A DNA stretch of 64,000 nt, taken from the NCBI GenBank assembly GCA_000388065.2, contig KB932201.1. One strand, 5' to 3'. The notes under the pieces are model-generated. The model saw only the letters and a list, made by a program, of their open reading frames with translations. It had not been told where the DNA came from and searched no databases. The DNA is from Fonticula alba ATCC 38817 (lineage: Eukaryota; Protista; Nucleariida). A program made the position numbers and the translations under genes. Shown here piece after piece: positions 11,539 through 21,702 of this stretch (positions are counted from its first letter, which is position 1; every line of letters starts with the position of its first letter).

Positions 11539-12795
11539 ATGGAGTCGGGTTCCGACTTGCCCGCGGGCGGGCGTCCGCCCCAGGAGTTGGTCGTTCGTCC
11601 GGATCAGGCCGATCCTGCCTCTGCATCACGGCCAGCCGGTGCGTCCCATGGACATGGTCTTCTACTTGTCTTCTGCTGGTCTTGCTCCGCCTCCGCGCCC
11701 CACTGACGGAGGCTGCTCCTCTCCCAAACACCCAACCTCCCAGGCCCCCGACAGATTGAGCAGGATGATGTGGCCCAATTTTGGGAGCAGCAATACGAGT
11801 GGGTACGTATCTGACAGTTCCTTTTTTTTTTTTTGCCCCGGGACCGCCCATTGCTCCCGCGGGAATCCACCCACTACCTTCGCCATCTCTGCCAGCCTTT
11901 CTTTCTCTTTCTCTTTCTCTCTCTCTCTCTCTCTTTCCCCCCCCCCCCCCGCCTAACCATGCATTGTCTTCGACCGTCTTGCCATCAGATTATGAAAATG
12001 TCTCCCACCGAGTTGCGGACCCACGAGCTCCCATTGGCCCGGACCAAGAAGATCCTCCGCAACACGACCGACATCATGAACTGTGGTCCAACTGCACCAG
12101 GTGGGGGAACAGCAGCGGCAGCGGCAGCAGCGGCGGCGGCAGCGGCGGCGGCGGCCGCTGCAGCGGCGGCCGCCGCCGCCGAGGCAGCCGCCGGCAATGG
12201 CACTGCTCCCGCTCCCCAGGGCGAGGCGCACCTCCATCCCCATGCCGGCTATGCGTCTCATGGTTCGGAAGCCGCCGGGGGACAGAACCCGATGTCGGCG
12301 GCCACGGTGGCCGCGGTGGCGGCGGCCGCGGCGGCGGCGGTGGCCGCGGTCACCGGCGGCGATCCTGCCGGCACGGCGGACAAGCAGGATGACGGGTTTG
12401 AATCCGGCGATCTCTTGTCCACCGGGGCCGCTCCTCTGTCGATGATGCTGAGCAGCGAGCTACCGCGGGTGATCTCGCGAGTGTGCGAGCTTTTCGTCCT
12501 GGACATCACCCGACGTGCGTGGGTCATCGCACAGGAGAGTGATCGGGCACGCGAGCCCCCGGCCCCGGCGCCCGTGGCCCCGGGGTCCGAGACATCGGAT
12601 CAACCTCCTCCGCGCCGGCGCGGGCGCCCGCGCGGGACCAGCTCCGCACAAAAGTGCACAAAGCGTCACCGAATCCTTCAGAAGGATCACGTCGTGCGGG
12701 CCATTACCAGCTGCGATGTCTTTGATTTCCTGGTCGACCTCATTGGCCCATCTATTCAAAAGGGTGACACCGCGGGGCCGGCCCCGCCTCGGTAG
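11539..12795 (+). CDS. NFYC: NF-YC/HAP5-like histone-fold CCAAT-binding subunit; exons 11539-11638, 11744-11802, 11989-12795; about 321 aa
   Basis: The spliced sequence reads QFWEQQYEW|IMKMSPTELRTHELPLARTKKILR, then MMLSSELPRVISRVCELFVLDITRRAW, then RILQKDHVVRAITSCDVFDFLVDLI. These match the NF-YC motifs FW...ELPLARIKKIM, MISAEAP..F..ELTLRAW and RTLQR.DI..AI...D.FDFL.DI. CTGAC/CTAAC branch points precede both acceptors. Confidence 0.88.
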
Positions 12796-13156
12796 GCATC
12801 TTCCCGGCTGGCTCCGTGTCAAAATCCCAAATAGCAACACCGGTGGCAAGACCCCCATCGATGCCAAGCATGTTCATGTATTTGCCACACGTGGGGGTGG
12901 CACTCGCCTCCCCGGTGGCGGAGGCGGCGACAAGGCAAGGCAGGCGCACATTGGCATCCCGGGCGAGAGAGAGAGAGGCCGGAGCAGGGGGAGGAGGGGA
13001 AAGGGGGAGAGGGGGAGCAACGGAAGGGGAGCCTCAAGGGGGGGGGGGGAATGGGGGGGCATTGATGCGGATCATGATTAGCCCCAAACGAAGGGGGGAT
13101 TTGGGAGCACAAGTTCACGGGAGAGCGGGAAGCGAGGGGAATGGAGAGGCCGCTAC

Positions 13157-15416
13157 TCATTCGCCTTCGGGGGTAGAGTCGCCGGCTTCGCGCACATGCA
13201 GGCGGGCTCTCCGCGTCAGGACCAGGCTGCTGGCCTTCATGGCGGTCTCGCGCAAGACCACCCGCAGGTCGGCCGCGTCGAAATCCTCGTCGGCGGAGGG
13301 ATTGCCCTCGGGTGCGCCATTTGGACAGTGCTTGGCATCGGAGAGGTTCACCTGGACCAAAGCCCGGAGACCGACCGTATGGAAGTGATTCGGGTTGAGG
13401 TCTACACAGCCGGCGGGTGGTCAGTGGACGGGGGAGCCCATGGGCCGGGAGGAAACCGGCAAAGTCGGAGGGGGTATCCAGGGGCGAAAGTGTCGGCGAG
13501 ATGGGCACGCACTCTTCATGTATTCGATGCACTCATCGGCCAGGGCGCGGTCTTGCAGGACATCCAGACATACCATGCCATACTGCAGGGGGGGAGCCAC
13601 ATTCAGCCAGGGGGAGGGGGTTAGTCCGGGACAGGATGCGACACGGGGAGGCGAAGCAGGAGCGACATAAGGGGCTGCTGAGGCTTGGCCCTGGTCGATG
13701 GGTCACACGATCATATACCATTGTCCAGGCGGCCATGGCGTCCGAGCGGATGATTTCCAGCTGGTCGCCGGGGTCGGAGGCCGTCTTCAGGCGAATGTAG
13801 CTCTGGTGAATGCTGCGGGCCTTGTCGCGCAGGGAGTCCACCGCCTGGGCGAGAACCTCGTCGGCTGTCTGCTGGCGCTGCTCGCTCGACAACACCGACG
13901 ACTGGAAGGTCCCGGCGCACTGGGACAGGATGTAAGCCACGCAGATGCGCTGGTACACACGGCGAAGGGAGCCGATGGTCCGGTCCATCTCATCAGCATC
14001 GGGATCTGCCTCGACCACTGTGCGGGGATTCGAAGGGAGGAGGGGAGAGAGACGGGGTGGGCAGAGTGGCCGACAGCCAAAGGACCGGAGAAAAGGAAAG
14101 AAAGAGCGGAGGAGCAGAGGAGGGAGCGGAGGAGAGACGGATCAGGAGGCCGGCAAGGGGCAAGGGAGAGGATGTGTGCGGCGATGGACAAAGGGAAGGG
14201 CGCAAGGAGAGGCCCACTGCAAGAGGCACGGGCCCCGGAAGGCGGCGCACCACAACCCGGCATGTTGACCACAGCGGCCACGGCCTCCGTGACCGAGGGC
14301 GACGCGGCCTCGAGGCCGTCGCCGGCAGCCAAATCGGCCAGCTCATCGCGATAGACGCCCGGGTCATCATCAAGGCGTCCCTCGAACACGGCAGCCCGGG
14401 CCAAATCACACAGGAGGTAGTTCGCCTCGGCAAGGACCTCCGGCGAGAGGAGGAACTGCGAAATGGCCGGAGTGGGTGCGAAGAGGGAGGCGCCGGCCAG
14501 GGCGGCAGTCGCGTCGGCCGGCCGGCCGGCCGCCCGGTTCAAAGCCGCAAAACGCTGGACCAGCCCCAGCAGCACTTGGATGTCATTCGACTGGTAGGCC
14601 GCGCGGATGCATGCCCGAGCGGCCTGTGCCTGCTGGACGATGTCGGCATCGGCGCTGTCCGCCGAATCGGAAGACACAACCGACAGCCAGAGCCGGGAGC
14701 AGGCCAACGCCGAGCGCCAGTCAACCAGCTCCGACCGGGCAGTCAGTGCCGAGTACAGGGTTTGGAAGACATCCGGGTGGAGGACCCCCTCTTCAAGGAG
14801 CTGGGCCAGGCGCGACACCAGGGCATCGGCGTCGGCGTCGGCGTCGGGGCATCAGAGGGCGTCGGGGCATCGGCGCGCGCACGAAGTGCCGCATTGGTTG
14901 TGATGCAGGACAACCAGCGTCCGGGACAATTGGAGGGAGGGAAGGGGGAAGAAAAGAGACGGAGGAAAGAGGAAGGGAGCTTGCGGAGTTAGCACTGGTA
15001 CCCGGGCACACATTGGAGCCATGAATCNNNNNNNNNNNNNNNNNNNNNNNNNNNNNNNNNNNNNNNNNNNNNNNNNNNNNNNNNNNNNNNNNNNNNNNNN
15101 NNNNNNNNNNNNNNNNNNNNNNNNNNNNNNNNNNNNNNNNNNNNNNNNNNNNNNNNNNNNNNNNNNNNNNNNNNNTCGACTGGCGAATGTTGCCACTGAA
15201 CATGGCATCCTGGGCATCCTCAAGCTGGCTCTCATGCTGCCCTTCGCCACTGGTGGAGTCGTCATCGTCGTCATCCTGGGCGGTCAGATCGAATTGCAGC
15301 GCGGGCCAGCCGGGCCCGGCAGCCAGGCTGTGGATGTCCAGGCGCCGGGTGGGCGGGCTGTCAGCCGACTCGGGGGGAGCCTCGCCGGGAGCGGGGGAAT
15401 CTGGCCGGTCGGGCAT
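13157..15416 (-). CDS. Hypothetical multi-exon protein, predicted helical and possibly TPR-like; exon structure uncertain because of an N gap at 15028-15174
   Basis: Protein-like segments on the minus strand separated by intron-like tracts: MPDRPDSP...QLEDAQDAMFSGNIRQ; LLEEGVLHPDVFQTLYSAL...; RTIGSLRRVYQRICVAYILSQC; LQYGMVCLDVLQDRALADECIEYMK; LNPNHFHTVGLRAL. I recognise no family. Confidence 0.55.
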
Positions 15417-15854
15417 CGGGGGCGAATGCTGGGGAAAGGAGCAAATGCTAGAAAGGGCGAAGAATGGACAGAGATGCGAGTTGGTGGGGAGGGACAGCCT
15501 CCAGCGAGGGTTGCGGGCTGCTCGCACAAAAGTGTTCTTCCAAAAGTGTGCCCGTGTGCAGGGACCCGACGATCCGGAGGGCGGGGTGGCCACGGGCGCC
15601 GATGGAGCCGGGAAAAAAACAATGCGACTTGGAAATTGCCTTCCCCCGCCCCCCGGTTGACCATGGAGCCGGAGTCCCAATCACACACCCTTCGGCCCCT
15701 CCGGGAGAGGTCGATCGACCCCCGGCCCCGCCCTCCCCAACCCCACGGCCCAGGCACACCGCCGGGGGCCGGGCCGTGGACAGACAAACAAAGCGTCGCC
15801 CCACCACATCGAGGGAGCGGGGGGGGGGGGGGGGGGGGCGCCGACGGAGGGAGG

Positions 15855-15891
<37 letters not shown>

Positions 15892-15928
15892 GTATTGTCG
15901 ATCTGGCGTGCGCCTGCCAACGGAGCTC

Positions 15929-18264
15929 TTATGGGACGGAGTCGAGTTTCTTAATTAGCTCGTCACAGATGCCAAAGAGTTCGGTGTTCTCGCGCTCCTG
16001 CGAGTGTTGCACATGGGGAGGGCCGGGAGGGGAGACTGATCAGCGGGACAGGGGGCAGCTGGCGGGAGGGGAGGGGGGAAGGGGGAGGGGGGAGGGGGAG
16101 GGGGGGGGGGGGGGAGGCAGGGAGGAGAAAGGCGCACTCGCAGCTCGAGGGTAGATTGAAGCGACCGGACTTGGGCGGTCTCGAGCGCCAGGCGGGCCTT
16201 CGCGGCGCCCACCTCACGATGGTGCTCCGATCGCAGGCGATCAAGCTCGACATTGGCACTGGCGGAGCCCCGAGGGGAAGGGAAAGGGCCGGGACATGGG
16301 CAATGATGTGTGAGCACCGGGCAGGCGTCGGAACGAGGAGGGACAAACGGGGGGGGGGGGGGGGACGGCCCCCCCGAGATCTGCTGTTCAGCCTGGGTCT
16401 TGAGAGCCTCGAAGCGCTTCTGATACTGCTGAAGCNNNNNNNNNNGATCTGCTGTTCAGCCTGGGTCTTGAGAGCCTCGAAGCGCTTCTGATACTGCTGA
16501 AGCTGCTCCTGCAAGCCGAGGGCCGAATTCCGGAGGATGTCCTCGTTCTGTGCGACCCATTGTCAGCCAGCAAGTGAGGATGGGGGCATGGGCAGCAGGC
16601 ACATCCCGCGAGGAGGGGCACATGTGCCGGGGAGGCCCTGGCACTGGACTTGCCAAATGTGCCTGCAGGTGGGCGCGCATGTGGGCAAGTGTCTCCCCCA
16701 GAGGGAGGACGAACCTTCTTCATGGTCTCGGTCACAAGGGCAAGGTACTCGGAGCGCTCACGGAGCTGATGGCACGTTGACTCGCATGTGCGCAGGGCGG
16801 TGGTGAGACGGCGGATTTCCGCCACAGCAGACTCCAGCGAGGGGGTCGAGCCGCCGGCCGGTTGGCCTTGTGAGGGGTCGCGTCAGTCGGGTTGGCGTGG
16901 GCAGAAAGAGGGCGACAGGGGGGCGGGCGAAGGGAGGGGCTGGTCGACGGCCACCAAAGGGAGGGTGGCATGCGGCTCGTACTTGATTCCAGGGCCAGAC
17001 GACGCTGGCGCTCGGCGCGCCACCGCTCGTCCAGCTCGGCAACTTCGTCCTTCAGAAGACGGACCTCGAAGCGAAGCTTCTCCAATTCCTCACGCTCAGC
17101 AGGGGTCAGCTCACCGGTCGACCCGGGCCCGGTGGCCAATGCCCGGGATGCCGGGGATTGGGGAGCACTGGTGTGGGGAGCCACCAAAGAGAAGGAGCCC
17201 GGCGGCTCGGAGTGTGGCCGAAAGCCCGGGCGTGGGGCTGCGCAGCAGGGGGGGGGGGGTGTTACACAAGTGCGTTCGCACCGGCAGGGCAGGAGCCAGG
17301 CAAAAAAGGGGCGGGGGCATGGGGGACCCGAGGGAGGCGGCCGTCGGGCAGGGCCGCACGCACAGGCTGGCTGGGGGTGTGCCGGGGCGTCGGCAGTGGC
17401 CCGCCGGGGAGAGGCAGAGAATGAAGGCTCCCCGGCAGGGTAGCCGCCACTGCTTGGCAGGAAGGCCGACGAGCTGATGGTTGTCGTGGAAGTCGGTTCA
17501 GCCGGCCAGATGGGCGCCTCGGCGCGAAGGCTCGGCTGGCGCTCGAAGGCAGCCGGCGAGGGGGACATATCCGGCGACTGGGTGAAGGAGCTGGGCTGCG
17601 AGGGGGCCGGGTCCGGAGCGCCGGTTGAGAGAGAAAAGAAGCCGGAGGCCGGCCGAGGTTGCCGGTCATTGGACTTGACGCTCAGAGCGGCCACGGCAGC
17701 CGAGAAGTCCATCGGGTCGGGGGAAAGTGGGGCACCAGGGCCGGGGCCGTTGCCGGAGCCACCGGTGCCGGAGCCACCCCCAAGCATGCCGACTAGGCCG
17801 CTGCTAAAGCCACCGCTGCCGGCACCGCCACCATCACCGCCGGCACCAGCGCCGCCGGCACCAGCACCGCCGGCACCAGCACCGCCGGCACCAGCACCGC
17901 CGCCAAAAGCACCGCCGTCCCCACCGCCCAGGCCGAGATCCACGCTCGGGGCGGCGACAAGGGACGCGGTGACCGGGCCGGCCGAGGGCGGCAAGGCAAA
18001 GGCCGCCCCATCGGGGACCGGCTGCGGCCGGGGGAGTCGCCTCACGGGCGCAGGGACCGGAGCCGGCCCGGCCGGCGCGGTGCCGGTCATCTCGGCCATG
18101 CGCTCGCGCTCGGCCTTGGAGTAATACTTCTTGGTGAGGACCGGCTTGGCACGCAGGGGCTTGCTATCACCGCCGAAGTCGAAGGAGAGCAGCATGTCGG
18201 CCGGTGCCGGGGCGGGAGCCGTGTTGGTGTTGGCCGCCGAGCCACTTGGGTCCGTGAGGTCCAT
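15929..18264 (-). CDS. TACC: TACC-family coiled-coil protein with a C-terminal TACC domain; exons about 18264-17364, 17237-16983, 16866-16715, 16547-~16380, 16258-16138, 15997-15929
   Basis: The C-terminus reads TMKK|NEDILRNSALGLQEQLQQYQKRFEALKTQAEQQI..ANVELDRLRSEH...VRSLQSTLELR|ERENTELFGICDELIKKLDSVP*. This parallels the TACC domain (NEEVLK...RYQALK.HAEEKL..AN.EI...L..ICDELI.K). The N-terminus is low-complexity Ser/Pro/Gly. The 5' end is uncertain. Confidence 0.8.
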
Positions 18265-18908
18265 GTTGTGCCGGGTGATCCGTGTGCTGGGGCCAGGGGC
18301 CCGGGCGAAGGACAGAAGGAGAGGAGACTGCTGGGAGGGGGGCCGGGCAGGCGGGGGAGGGGGAGGGGGGGGGAGAGGGCACAGCGGAGCAGGGCACAAA
18401 GGAGAGAAGCAAGGCGGGGGGGGGGGGGCAAGGTCTCCATGAGGCGATCGGCGACGCTGGGCCACTGGCCGGCCGAAAAAGCAGCCGACGAGGAGGGGAC
18501 CTGCCAACGCCAGGGCAACCGCCGGGCGCGGGCACCGGGGGGGGGGGGGGCGCGGGCACGCTGCAATCGCTGGCACCTTATGTGTTTCTCCCAGGGGGGC
18601 CGGCCGGCCGGGGGGCATTTTCCCGGGCCGCAGCTTCTTTGCCGGCCCCCCGGCTCGCTGGGCCCCTTCACCACGGAGTCTCCCGGCATTCTCCGCCCGG
18701 GACACATGTGTTTGCAACTTTCTCGCCACGCGCAAGGCCGGGGGAGAGATCGCTCGGCCCGAGGCGTGGGTGGGGTGATCTGGTGCCTGCCCTCCGGCGA
18801 AGGCCGACCCCGGCTCCGGGCCCAGCACGGGCCCTCTCTTCAGGGAGGGTGGTCGGGTCCAACCGGCGGTGGCTCCAAGCAGATCTCCACCCCTCTGTCT
18901 CTGCCTCT

Positions 18909-18958
<50 letters not shown>

Positions 18959-19169
18959 ATCCACCCCCCCCCCCCCCCCCCTTTGCCCCCCTCTCGCCCC
19001 CCCACGCCCCACGGTCATCGCATCGCCGGTGTGAGCAGCCCCNNNNNNNNNNNNNNNNNNNNNNNNNNNNNNNNNNNNNNNNNNNNNAACTAGCCTGGCC
19101 CCCTGGACGCCCGTGGCCGGCCCCCTCTCCGCCTTCCTCCCACAGCCGATCCACCTCCGCTGCCGCCCG

Positions 19170-20122
19170 ATGTCCCCCCCGCTGCCTCTCCTCCGGCCTT
19201 CGCCGGCCGTCGCCCAGTCTTTCGCCTCGCGCTACCAGGCCTGGCGCGGCCTGCGTCACCGGCGCACCTTCATGGGCACCCCGCACCCGGTGTCTCTGGT
19301 GCAGCCCATTTGGTTCCGCTTGCCGCTGAATGCAGACCCTCAGCCGGTTGCTCCGGACACCCCGGACGACGTGGCTCCCTGTGAGTCTGAGTCTGACCAC
19401 GCCGGCGTCATGGTCGAGGTGCGCACGTACCCCCCTCCCCCCCTGCCGTGCTCCCTCTCTCTTGGCATGGATGACGCCNNNNNNNNNNTGCCGTGCTCCC
19501 TCTCTCTTGGCATGGATGACGCCAGGAAATGCGCTTTTACAAGCACGAGGTGGATTTCGCCCACGTGCAGCACGACTTCTGGATTCGAAACAACAGCCTC
19601 TTCCAGCGCGACCTTCCGAAGGACTACTTCACGGCCTCCCGGACCCCGGGCTACTCGATTGCCGGTGCGCTCACACACACACGATCTGCCCGTCGCTGCT
19701 TCGTGGCGCCCCTCTCCGCCCTGCCCCATTTTCTGACATGCCGCGCTCCCTCTCTTGTTGGTACTTTGGCTTTCCTGGTGCCAGATGCCGAGCGGCTGGA
19801 GGGCTTCCGCAGCACCTTCCGGGACATGACCCGCCGGGACTTCCTGGCCTTCCACGCGGTTTGGCTTTCCGGCGTCACCCAATCGGTCAAGTATTCCTTT
19901 TTGGCGTCGGTGGCCCGGCTCCGGTGGCTGGTCACCGGCCACGGGAACTGGATCGAGGCCCAGCCCAGCCAGGCGTTCACCGCTCCCAATGCCACCATCT
20001 CTTCGGTCCTTCGTCAATTCGAGCCGCCCACCATCGCCGCGGCCAGCGACGATCTGCTGGCCGCCGAGGAGGCCCTCTCCACCTGCCGGGCCCCCAGCAA
20101 GGAGGGACAGCAGCACGCATGA
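19170..20122 (+). CDS. COA8: COA8/APOPT1-like mitochondrial cytochrome c oxidase assembly factor; exons 19170-19418, 19526-19664, 19785-20122; about 241 aa
   Basis: FMGTPHPVSLVQPIWF (cf. WIGPPDKYSNLRPVHF), HDFWIRNNSLFQRD (cf. QQFWANQNLTFSKE) and ERLEGFRSTFRDMTRRDFLAFHAVW (cf. [25 protein letters not shown]). The Arg-rich N-terminus resembles a presequence. Exons join in frame. Confidence 0.72.
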
Positions 20123-20942
20123 GCCTGTCTCGAGTAAAGTCCAGCGAGCAGAGGGAGGATGGCTTGCTCCCTTTTCGCCACACCCCTGCCCGTCCCACTG
20201 TGCTTTGGTGGGCGAGCCCGCTCGCATCTCCTAGACCGGAAGGGTGCATTCCTTTGTCCACTACCTTCCTCCCCCTCCCCCCCCCCCTTTCACAGCTGCA
20301 TCCTGCTGAGTTGTTGCCTGAGTGCCATCTCCCTCCTTTTCCCTCCCCCGCTGTTTCGAGCAAAAAAACCCCTTTCCTACCTCTTTGTTTCCCTGTTGTC
20401 AAGAGCGCACAAGACGCCCTCCCCCTCACAAGCAATGCCAAGGACACAGATCTATTCAGGCTCCCGAACTACTGCACGGGAGCTCACCAAGCACAGGTGG
20501 GATGGGAGGATGGGAGAGAGGGGGAGAGATGCATGCCGCACCATCTCATTAAGGCGCACCCGAAGACACGCAAGGAGGCGCACGCAGGCGGGAGGAACGG
20601 GCGGGAGGGAGAGACCAGGCAAGCCTCATGTTCTGCCATGTCCCCCGCGATTGGCCCTGCTACACAAGAGAACAGCCACAAGGAGAAGGGCACCATGGGA
20701 CCTTCTCGCCCCGGCGCCCCTGTGTGCCCCCACCACCCCGGGTCGATGCCATTGAACGGGGCGTCTGATTGGCAGTCCGGAGGTGGGGGTGAGGTGGAGA
20801 CGAGGAATCGAGGGAGAAGGAAGGGAGAGGGGGGAGGGGGGAGAGGGCGAGCGGCGCGAGCCAGCCTCATGACACAAGTACACGAGCGCATATCCACATC
20901 CACGCGGCCGGGCGCAAAAGGAGCCACGCGGCCCCGGCGCCA

Positions 20943-21574
20943 TCACAGCCGGTGATCCCCGCCTGCTCCTCCACCGGTGTGGGGTGGCCCCCCTGCGCCA
21001 GCGCCGGAGGATGTCGCCAGTGACGTCGAGGATGACACCGAGGAGGAAGAGGAAGAGGAGGAGGAAGATCGCGGGAAGAGCCTCCGCAGGAGGTTCTTCG
21101 ACTCCTTCTTTTTGGCGCCGATGCCAGATGGTGGCATCCCCTCGCCAGATGCCAGCGGGACGCTCTGATCTGCCAGGCCTCCACCAGGAGGCTTGTTGGC
21201 CGAGCCGGCGGGCTCCGCCCCGAGAGAGTCAACTTCGGAGGTCCCAGCCTCCGGAGTGGGAGAGGGCGGCTTCCCGGCCACGCGCTTCGCCCCCCCGCCC
21301 GACCCATGGTGCGAGTCCTTCGGGGGGCCGTGAGTCGGGGCTTCGTCCCCATCGACCGGGTGCTCGACGCTGTCAGGCCCAGCCTCCGAGGAGGAGAACA
21401 TGGCCGATGCAGTGGGCGTAAGGCGTGCCTGCCATGGGGCGCCAGTGGAGGCTGTCGCCACCGGCGGGGCGGCGGCCATGCCGAGGCTCTCCCCGGCATT
21501 TGGACGCTGAGCATGTGAAGAAGAGGATGTCGAGCGCATGTGGCGCCGCATCAACTCCGACGGGATGGGCTGGC

Positions 21575-21640
<66 letters not shown>

Positions 21641-21644
21641 CGTG

Positions 21645-21702
<58 letters not shown>

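Noticed and set aside
16379-16500. Tandem duplication of about 55 bp in the TACC exon around a 10-N gap
   Set aside because: An identical sequence on both sides of a short N gap is a typical unmerged contig overlap.
19443-19523. Tandem 35-bp duplication around a 10-N gap in COA8 intron 1
   Set aside because: Same contig-overlap artefact pattern.
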